Shown here: positions 54,321-64,000 of the stretch, one piece after another
Layout: each line of letters opens with the position of its first letter
How positions within the stretch are numbered: the stretch's first letter is position 1
NCBI GenBank assembly: GCA_051362555.1
Contig: CM120647.1
Coordinates: 14,670,651-14,734,650 of the forward strand
Reading direction: 5' to 3'
Length of the DNA stretch: 64,000 nucleotides
Source: Lingula anatina
Taxonomy: Eukaryota; Animalia; Brachiopoda
The notes under the pieces: generated by a model
Seen by the model: the letters and a program-made list of their open reading frames with translations, nothing else
Told to the model about the DNA's origin: nothing
Databases searched by the model: none
Translations under genes and position numbers: made by a program

Positions 54321-55153
54321 AGATTGCATAGCGTGGGCATCTTGGAATCACCAGCAACAAATCGTAGCATCAAGGCGTGCTCTACCTTCCCCTTAATGAG
54401 TCCTTAGACATTATTGGATAGAGACAATTCTTCGCTGATGATCGAGGAGAAACCAGCCACCGACCTTGGAAGATATATAGGAATTTTATAAGCCGCCTTC
54501 CTTTTTATATTGTAAGAAGGGCAACGTGAAATGAGATTGCGGGCAAAGCGAAAAGACAAAGACAGTTAAGATTAAAGCACAGGACTGTCGATAAACGCCA
54601 AAGGAGTTTGGTGAAGGTCTGTTCGTGCCTTTTTGTGCTGATAAACCGATAGCTACTGTCGTTAACATGTGATTAGACGTTGAACATTGTCGTCTTCGTG
54701 GCATTCATGGTTTAGAAACTGCGCTAAGGAATCAATTCAGAACTGAAAGGATAGTTACTCAGGGGCTCTGCGTTTGCCAAGTAGATTCAAGTGAGTGATT
54801 CGTGGCAAAGATAGGAATAAAGAGATCAGATTTTAGAGTCAGTCTGTCTTTGAATATATAAATACGTATTAACTGAAATACACCATTACGTTCTAAAGCA
54901 CGTGGTAGGAGTTACATTTCACAAAGACGTCAGGACAGCTTCCAAAGCAATCTGCGGCATAGAATTGGAAGCTGGATCTTAAAAGCACTGATGGAGTGTA
55001 AACTAATATTTTGAATAATGAACATTTTTTTTTTAAATCTACACACAACTGGGAAGAATAATTTACAGGGTTTGAACGAAAATCAGTGACGTGTTATCAT
55101 TTATGTTTTCCGTGACAGACAGGTGTTAAAATTGCAATAAACAAAAGCCAACG

Positions 55154-56176
55154 ATGGAGGGTATAAATTCAACTGAAATTTCCCTCTCGGATGACGTTTT
55201 AGTAAACACGACAGTAGACCTTATTTACCAGCGTTGTGGAAACCGAACCCATTTTCGAGACACCGACGCCTCCAAAATCGGAATCCCGGTACTTCTGGGC
55301 ATCGTGTTTGTCGTCGGGTTGCTCGGGAATATGTTGGTTCTATACGTCGTTTGCAAAAGCAAGAGGATCAGCTACCTTTTCTTCAACCTCGCTCTCTCTC
55401 ACCTGTTGCTGGTGTTGGTATGCGTGCCTCTCCAAGCAGCGCGGTTCGCATCAGGGTACACCGTGTACATTTCGAACCCCATGTGTAAACTGGGCTATTT
55501 CCTCATGTACACCACCACCGGGGTCAGCGTGAACTGCATGGTGGCCGTACTGGTGCTCAAATACATCGCTATCACGTGGCCCATCTCGTGCGAGATCTCA
55601 CGGAGACACACCGCAATCACAGCAGTGGGATTATGGATAGTCCTGGGGATCATCAACGCCCCTCTGTTGGTTTACTACAAAGAAACCGGTGAAAAACAAT
55701 GTGAGCTGCAACCCAGCAGTGACGCTCAGTATTACTCATTCATCGTCTTGACTTTTGGTCTTGACTTTGCCTTGCCTGTGTTAGTGTTCATGTGCATAAC
55801 GATGTCCGTCATGGGGAAGCTTAAAATGACCGCCATTCAGGTGGAAAATCGACTGGCCATGGCGGCCAATAAAAGACTGGTCATCCTTGTCCTCATTATC
55901 TTTGTGCTCTTCGTGGTCACCTGGGGGCCGTTTCACTTTAGCTATCTTTTTGCAATATTCGCCAGCCATATCTACAATCCTTTCTGCCCCTCACCGGAAA
56001 CGGTCGGCCTAAATTTCATGATCGTGTTGGCGTTTTCAAACTCGTGTTTAAATCCAGTGGTCTACAGTCTAGCGTCCATTGAATTTAGGCGTGCGTTTCA
56101 GGCTACCGTCAATAGATGGCGCTCCGTCACCCACACTGCCGAGGAGACTGAACTGACTAGGGTAGCAGAGAAGTAG
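55154..56176 (+). CDS. Intronless class A (rhodopsin-like) GPCR, peptide-receptor-like, with atypical activation motifs (paralogue B)
   Basis: 340-aa ORF, Kozak-like aacgATGg. Sequons NST, NTT, NRT; TM1 GN; TM3 MCKL plus ECL2 Cys; TFGLDFALPVL; TWGPFH; SNSCLNPVVY; EFRRAF. Colinear with 6665-7723. Confidence 0.95.
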   Translation: MEGINSTEISLSDDVLVNTTVDLIYQRCGNRTHFRDTDASKIGIPVLLGIVFVVGLLGNMLVLYVVCKSKRISYLFFNLALSHLLLVLVCVPLQAARFASGYTVYISNPMCKLGYFLMYTTTGVSVNCMVAVLVLKYIAITWPISCEISRRHTAITAVGLWIVLGIINAPLLVYYKETGEKQCELQPSSDAQYYSFIVLTFGLDFALPVLVFMCITMSVMGKLKMTAIQVENRLAMAANKRLVILVLIIFVLFVVTWGPFHFSYLFAIFASHIYNPFCPSPETVGLNFMIVLAFSNSCLNPVVYSLASIEFRRAFQATVNRWRSVTHTAEETELTRVAEK

Positions 56177-58837
56177 CCAGCGTAGCAGTAGTAATAACGT
56201 ACTGGCGTAATTTTGAAATGCAAAAACGGCGTTCTCCATGAATCGACCGAAAACGATTAGCACGAGTACTTTGAGCCAAGCTTGAATCGTCGAGATACGA
56301 CCGCAGTTCAGTCGCTTCAATTTCATATCTACCGGCACCATCTTGAATTGCTTCTCCACAGTGGAGATATGAAGAAAGAAATACCAACGAACAACAATGC
56401 CCATCGTTTGGAAACCCAATGACTTCAATCATGTTGTCATTTTCGCTCAATAACTGAACGATTTCCAAACAAAAAATGCATAACTTACGTATTGTGCATC
56501 GTCTAACAATTATCTCCGTTCAAGATATGCTTCCGCGTTAATTCCATGCAATCGATGGAGTTTACGCCTGGATAAAGCAAACTTTGAGCATTGTCTTTAG
56601 CATGCAATATACCTTCAAGTAGCTATACTCAATTTATAGGCAATTCCATGCAATGTTGTTGGCCTTAAGACAAACCTATATATACAGACCTAATCATAAA
56701 TGCCAGGTAATCCACAGGTAACGTTAATATTTATACCTTATGTATTTTTATTGATATATTGGTTATTGGTTACTAAATATATACCTATATACATATATTT
56801 ATCCTATAGCTGTAAACTTATACAATGATGTACAGGAATTCGGGATTTTGAGTTTAGTAACGTATGTCTTATTCATTTACTTGAATGGGGAAAGTGTAAT
56901 TCCAACAGCCAACTGATAGTTTTACTGTCGTGTTGCTTGCACCACATGTTTTGAAGTAGCCTTTTGACCATGTAGGGGCACATTCATACATGCCACAACT
57001 TACATTTGCAATCAATAACGTTACAATTATTAATTAATGCTAAGCACGATCAAAATGTAGCCAAAATATCATTCTTATTTCCTTATATGTTTATTTAAGA
57101 TAAATAGCGTACTGGAGATTTTTTTGGTACACTTCCTTACCTGCGCATGCGTATGAAAAGTATGACAGTTCTTGTGAAAAATCTTGTGATCAAGTTTTTT
57201 TTTTCTTTTATTAATTTCATTATTCTTTATTATGGACCGTGATATTTTACTAGGTTATAAGGCTTACATAGGGTCGTCTTTTATCTGTGAAGTATTCCTT
57301 GCACATGCGTTCAGTGTATGGTACATGCATTATTATATATATCTTTAGTGCTAAGCTGGAGCATATGGCAATCCAGTAATACGGCTGTGTTATTAAAATG
57401 ACTTAGTACAGAACAAGGTGATTTACACGGAAAATGTTCGTGTTAAAATCCAACAGATGTTCCGCACAACATGTCAACACGAATAGATCAGATACGGATG
57501 AATATGGGAATGAAAAAAAAAAAAAAAGCGATGAACAATATGCCACTTGCAAAGATTATGTAAAGTTCGGTTCACTTTCGGTTGAGAAAGGGATTGCACA
57601 TGTATTTTTCTTTTGTCTCGAAAATAAACACGATCTGGTGTTACATTGTATGTAGGCACATAATTCACGTAATTTGTGTCGTTTACAAAAAATCGAAAAT
57701 CTTCAGTCGTCTTAACTAGGACAAATTTAACTCCGGAATCGGTTTCCTAAAACGACTGTTCAAAGTCCGTTTATTAGATTAGCATTTGACAGCACTTAGA
57801 TTTAGCCCAATATAGTTGCTTTTCCTAAAATACCACAAAAGGTCACATATCTTGTTTTAAAAACAAAACCATGTTATTAGCTGTGCAATAAACAGACATC
57901 GCCATGTTGGTATATTTTTATTCATGTTCCGTTCCAAAACCAAGTAGATTCTCGAATAGATAAAACACGACAAAATCACGTGAAAAGTGCATTGCAAGTC
58001 CATAGCTGCTGTTTTGATGTCAATACATGTAGTAGCTCATGCGGTGTCATTTCTGTGTTTCTTGTTTTTTCTTGGCAAATATGATTTAACTGGATTCTCG
58101 TTATTCTAAGAGGACAATTGCCTATACAGTACGCGCGATCTTTCGGTGAATTATCAATTCTACTAAGGTTTTATGATGGAGAGTCTGCTGTTAAAGAAAA
58201 GAAGCGGATATGTATGATTCAAAATGGCCGTACTTGATGGGCATAATTTGATAAATGGCCTATTTAAAGCGAAGTAAAAATCGATTATTTTTTCAAACAC
58301 TAAGGGTTCAGATCAAGTCTTTGATACGGTAGGCTTCAAGTGACAATATACATCAAGATTGAATCTGAGATTACATTTTGCGAGGACATTCACTCTAAAA
58401 GCCATACATTATACACAAGACCAACGGCACCACCGATTTCCTTGTTCTTAAACCTTACAGATATATGTCAAGACCGTTCTTTATCGGGCTGGCAGACACA
58501 GTTTGTTTATTCTTTTTTTTTTTTTTAAGTTTTGCTCCCGATGGGTGCCACTGTGAACAATCATTGTAAACTTTAAACTCTCACACCAGGACCAGCTGAA
58601 TCTGATCATGAAGATGTTCAGACAACGATAAAATGAATGCACAGTAACTTTTACAACTGACAGTTAATGGGCAAACACGAGTTCCGGCCATTGTTCTCTG
58701 ATGTTTGACGATTGCCGTTGTCGCCACTGGAATTCAGCCATATGATTCATGTATTCATGTATTACTTCAAGCGACAGGCCTGGGTATAAATATTCCACAA
58801 ATCTTCTTCCGGCGAATCGAATCAGCTGCCTATACTA

Positions 58838-59045
58838 CCCTTAGCAAAATGAAAAGTTTGAAACAATATTGCAGCAACGAATTTGCAAGATTTTGCAAGA
58901 AAAGATATAGCTGCTACCTTGCAGCCCTATTCCAGCAAATATGCTGCAAATTTGCCAAAAAGGAATTGCAGTTTGCAGAAATATTGCAGCAATACTGTAG
59001 CAAATTCGTTGCAAATTTGCAGCAGGTCTAATATTTTAATAAGGG
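58838..59045. mobile_element. Short TIR element with internal ttgcagcaa subrepeats (CMC-EnSpm-like MITE)
   Basis: Termini ccctta...taaggg flanked by ta/ta; interior of direct and inverted aatattgcagcaa / gcaaatttgc units. Confidence 0.7.
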
Positions 59046-59198
59046 TAGCGCTGTTCCCATGGTGTTTTGCTCTCCCGTTTGGATATTGTGGTACAGAACA
59101 GTATTTGTGACTGCTCCCTTTATGTCACAATCACATACAACGTGATATCAATAATAAAGAAATTGGTGAAATTTAAGATCTTTTGCCATTGATATTTC

Positions 59199-59435
59199 AC
59201 CAGGATGGTGCTGTCTTGATGAAAGCCTGCGTTCTGCGAGTGTTTTTCAGGTGGTGTATATGCAGCAAGTATCTGAAGGACTCACTGTGTATCTCATAGT
59301 CGTCTCTATCTGGAGGGGTGGGTTCGATTCCCACGCTCAAGTTTAGAGAAAGGATCGGAACTGTCTGTGTATACGCCCCAGGCTTTGATACAGGAGCCCG
59401 GGTAAAAGGGTGAGGCTTCCTTAACAACATACAAT
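59199..59435 (+). pseudogene. tRNA-Leu-derived relic or SINE head
   Basis: caggatgg...ctgcgttc...gtctctatctggaggggtgggttcgattcccac resembles the 5' end, anticodon arm, variable arm and T arm of animal tRNA-Leu; B-box GGTTCGATTCC at 59321; D arm and acceptor stem broken. Confidence 0.45.
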
Positions 59436-61094
59436 ATTATTTCACCGCTGTTAGGTGAATCACTGTGATGATGAGTATGTAAACTGTTTTATTGAAATAT
59501 GGAAAGTATTAAATTAAAAGCATCGCATTGATGGTATGAACAAACCGTATAATTTCTGCATAAAGAATTCGTTTCATATTTACTAACAGTCATTTCACAT
59601 CTCATATTTAACATTAATCGAAACTTTCGTCAGTATTAAACCGGTATTTAATTATTTACACGGGATGCGGGATGTTTAATTTGCACACATGTAGAACTAC
59701 TTTTTCTCCGATATATCACGGTATCAGGTGCGCCATGATCGAGCGTGAGATCTTTGACACCTTGTTTGTCATCAGTGATCTTCTTTCAGCTGAGCTGGAT
59801 CGATTGCTGTCTTAACACTCGCGTATATCCGGCTATTGACTGAAACACAACAGATCACGATCACAGCGGAGTTTATAGGGTGTCTCTCTCTCTGCTCCCA
59901 ACTAAAGCAGATCAAATTAACAGCACGGTAAAATGGATGCTCAGTCATTCAGCGTCCACCGTGAGGAGTTTTGGTCCATCCTCTGTCTACGATTGTTCTC
60001 GCGACGTTGATAGTGTTTCTAGATCGTCCCCCTGATGCAGTTATTAAGCAATTCTTGTCTTTTCTCTAACTGCTGCCTTTTCCTTGAATTCCACAGGCGA
60101 TACCTTAAGTGATGTATTAAGTTAGTGTGTTCTTGCGTCTTGCTTACGTGCCTACGACAATCTGTGTTTAACTCGGAAAGCCGTGGAAAAATTTGGCTTG
60201 TAATCATGACTAGTAAATCTTGCCTTCTATGCTTTCAAACCACAGGGCCCCCCAGATTCACAAAATCAATTAATCTTTTTCACTTTTGTACATTTTAGTA
60301 GAGACCAATCTGAAAGTATTGTCTGACATGACGCCGACTAGACAATTACTTCCAATTACTACCAATTTTATATGAAATTTATAAATTGCTAAAGAGATGC
60401 ATAAATGCAGAACACTCATAAAGTGCATAACTCTTCCTTAATATGTGCATAAACGAAAAAAAAAACACTCAAACTTTCGCCAAGACAAACAATTAACTAA
60501 CAATAAACCATTAATTAATAAACAGATCATCCCCAAAATCTTAACATTTTAATTTGCCAATTTGTGTCTGATTAGCACCCTTCGTGGAAATTTAATGATA
60601 TATATGGAAGGATAAATATTCACGATTATATTTAATTATATGGTTGGATGAAGGGATACGTAGGAGGTCAATTCAGGAATAAAACATCACATGTAAACAT
60701 CCGCAAACCCATCTGACGATGATTAATGCTTCTTTCCAGAAAGAGATATACTGACTCTAAAATTTATCGGTTTCAGATAAAAGAACAAATTACAAGCACT
60801 GGTATATAATCTAGGATTATTTGAAATGGGGGGGGGGGGTGAACGACAGGCCTCAGATGCCAAGCCGATCGTCACACTCTTGGTGTGGGGTTCGGGGCCT
60901 GCTCAACCCCCCCCCCCTCTAAACCCACCACTGTATTCTGTCTCACATAAATCATGGGCTTTTTTACTGTAGATATCTACAAAGTACATCTATGAACTCA
61001 AAAGTTCATCTGCTGCAGGTTCAAAAAACTAACCAAAAAACAACAAACGCATAGCCGTACTCCCGGACTTTTCAATCTCCACTTAAACATTACA

Positions 61095-61672
61095 ATGAGA
61101 CGATGCAGATTTTTTTATTGCACCACTCATAGCAAACTGGCTTGGGAAGCTGGCGTTAACTTGCAATCCATCATTCCAAACCATAATTTTGCATTATCCT
61201 TAAGGATTTGTTTAAGTCAAAGATATATAATCACCAATCACGCTTCTTTGACACAAGTTTTTCGTCTTCATCACCCTAGAGTTCAAATAAGGAAGTTTTC
61301 AGACAAGCTGTCAATAACTAATAGCGTAGTGTATGGCCTGGGGATTACGTAGTGCCAGTCAAAAGCCTTACTTTCTTGTCATTCTTAACGTTTCTTATAT
61401 TGTTGATGTGAAGGCTTTTTTATTTCAATTGAACTCTCAGCTAAACTTGGTGCCCACATTAATGTGAACAGTATACAGTCCCTTGCTTAATTTGTGTGGT
61501 CTGTATCTTAATTTACATGCCTGTACTTAGTTCAAAAGATATTGTGATGTCTTTGTGTGAGAGTGGTCTATCAGCGAATTTGTTGTTTTAATGTGTTTAA
61601 TGTATACTGCCCTTATATGTTTGTATGTTAGTTTGGTGTCTAAGATAATAATAAAAAGTTAAAAATAAAACA
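61095..61672 (+). mobile_element. Possible highly decayed LINE 3' end
   Basis: Peptide TTHSKLAWEAG resembles the post-RT region of CR1/L2-group ORF2; T-rich 3'UTR-like stretch ending in aataaaaagttaaaaataaaa. Confidence 0.3.
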
Positions 61673-62590
61673 ATGATAAAAACGGGTTCCCATGTGTATT
61701 TTAAAAGCAAAGTCAAATAGTTTTCAGCTCAAGCCCGAGGGTCGCAAATTTTAACTAAGTGTGGACACTCTAGACCGGCGGTAAGCTGGGCAGTGACACA
61801 AATTTCTTGCGAAAAAAAAATTCTGGGCCAAACAATAAACCACGCACACACCTCTGATGTAAAGCCTGAGATTTATTTGTGAACATCTAGTTTAAAAAAA
61901 GTATCATTCATGGTAAGGAGTTACTTTCAGAAAATTAGGATAAAAGTCGCCCACTGATTTCATCCCGATCCGGTCTTGAATGCAGTGTGTCAGTCAGACA
62001 GACGTTAAGGTTAGGTGGCGAGTTTACTTGGTCACTTCAGTCTTCCCTTGACAGAGCATTCCCTCTACTGTCTAATTTTGCTTAGTATGGATAGCATCAT
62101 GTCACCGTTATCAGTCGTTATCGCTGCACCACGCAGTGTTATTGCTTACATTTCCTCGACCCCCAATGACCTGTTCCGTGATTCATTAGCTTCAAAACGT
62201 TGTATTGCTTTTGATGTCGTAACCACGCCGGCGCTACTCTTGTTAAAAATCTGCACGGAATTTTACGTTGGAAGTGTTGATTTATGGCAGTACCGGTAAG
62301 TGGACTGTACTTGGGAGACCAAAGGCGTGTTCCTACTAGGGCGGATGTGGATCGATTTTAAGGTCGAAGACTCCGTTTTCATTATGATGATTGAAACGGT
62401 GAATATTCAGGCACGTGAGAAAAAGATTTTATGAGTTCAGACTAACCATTCAGAAAAGAATCGGCTAATACGCGAGCACGTGTGTGTGTGAATGTGTGTG
62501 TGTGGGGGGGTCCCAATGGCGCCCCCAGCTCCACCTGCTCGAATGATTGACTTGGCTGCAAAAGTAAGAAGTTGGTGCTGACATCGCTAG

Positions 62591-62641
62591 CCCCCCCCCC
62601 CACCCCCACCCCCCCCCACCCCCCCCCCCCCCCCCACCGCC
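62591..62641. repeat. Interrupted poly(C) tract (G-quadruplex-forming on the minus strand)
   Basis: Several C-runs separated by single A residues. Confidence 0.9.
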
Positions 62642-64000
62642 ACTTTCCCCGCCAAAGTCATTAGGGATATGTTATTAACTTTGTGTTTTCCCATGTACGA
62701 GCATGCAAGTCAGTATATCCATAATTCACACACCCATTGTTAATGCATTCCATGCGCGAGATAATGCTGTTAGACCACGCATGAGACATTCCCTGCTCGT
62801 ACACGTTTCTGGGGCTATGTTAAATACATGGTAGATCTTATTTTTAGAAAGTGTTCGTACATTTAGTATTTTATTCCAACACGAGACAAATTGAAACTGA
62901 AGCTAGATAGAAATACCTTGTTCTCGCAACCTGTGACTTTATGCGTTGCTCTTCACGTTGGAAAAGCCTTTTCGTCATGCGTGAGAAGCTCCATGCAAAA
63001 TGGTAATTTATATCACATTACGACTATTACATGTATATTTGATCAAACAATACACTGCATGGAGTCAAATGCACCACTTTTTTTCATAAATAAATCAGAT
63101 TTAATCCTGTAGTACGCTTTTGTAACGGAAGGCATGTCGGTATGAGGCTTTTACGTAAACGAGGACCGCAGTCGCGTCTCCCGGTCACATTAATGGCCGC
63201 CTCAGGCGGGTGGCCTAACTGAAACAGATGGTATCCGTACAGGGTTCTTTCATTCTATGGCACAAATCATTGAACAGCAAATGTTCCTGTGTTTATTGCG
63301 TGTAGAATGAATCACGCTCATGCTTGTCTGTGATCATGTTTCATCGAAATGTTATTTCCACCGGCAAATCCAAGGTTTTTTGGAATTTTGGAATGGCAAA
63401 GTTATAAATACTAAATGTCAAATATCCTCAACCCAGAATGTGTTGCAAGCGCGTTGGCTGCTGCAAAGCTCATCTATACAACTATGCCAAGGTAGAAAAT
63501 GAGCCTAACATAAGTCACTGTCATTAAGCAGCACATGTGCTCCTACTCTATCACATTAAGTAAGGTTACAATTAAATAAGACATGCTGATTGGTATTTAT
63601 TTGTCATGTTATGTTCTCATTATTATGGATGTATACTACTCTTCGTAAGTTAGTTAGCCAGCAAATGTCAAGCCATGCACACATTCAGCGCTCAATAACC
63701 ATTATAACAATACTGAAATAATCCACTGTTACACCCCCCTTGCCATCCCTTGAATGAAGGAACCTGTGCCCACCCTTACCTCTTCAGAGTTTTATTTGTC
63801 AATATTTGGTAGTCAACATCATGTCCATAAATCAGTATTATTTAAATATTTAGATGAATATCTCGTCTACTTCCTTTCGACCCATGGCCATTGGTTTTAA
63901 AAATAAGTCGTGTCTAGCATTATGTCGATTTAATTTGTGCCAGAGTTAGCAAAGAGTTTAAGAATTTTTTTTTTGACGCGGCTTATTCCTGAAACAGGTC

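Noticed and set aside
60795-60935. G-run/C-run segment ending ccaccactg, like a hAT MITE (similar at ~3000-3120, ~42590-42636, ~62338-62538)
   Set aside because: Termini too degraded; no matching TIR pair or 8-bp TSD could be verified
186-63502. The many 60-130 aa ORFs in the track other than the two GPCRs and the LINE fragments
   Set aside because: Many start at TTG/GTG, have low-complexity or repeat-derived composition and no recognisable domains; expected by chance in eukaryotic noncoding DNA

Overview
AT-rich eukaryotic (animal, probably marine invertebrate) genomic DNA, not prokaryotic; no CRISPR array, rRNA or operon is visible. Only two convincing protein-coding genes are present. Both are intronless class A (rhodopsin-like) GPCR paralogues on the + strand, about 48 kb apart (6665-7723 and 55154-56176). 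They share an unusual rewiring of the conserved activation switches: D2.50 to H, DRY to LKY, Y5.58 to T, plus a paired N-terminal/ECL3 cysteine. The rest of the window is transposon debris: a decayed Rex1/CR1-group LINE, other LINE 3' ends, non-autonomous TIR elements resembling Harbinger, Kolobok, Ginger, Academ and EnSpm, and a 1.9-kb long-TIR element. Local tandem duplications, minisatellites, a clean 78-nt hairpin and a tRNA-Leu-derived relic also occur. All alignments were done by eye, and superfamily names are inferred from termini and target-site duplications (TSDs).
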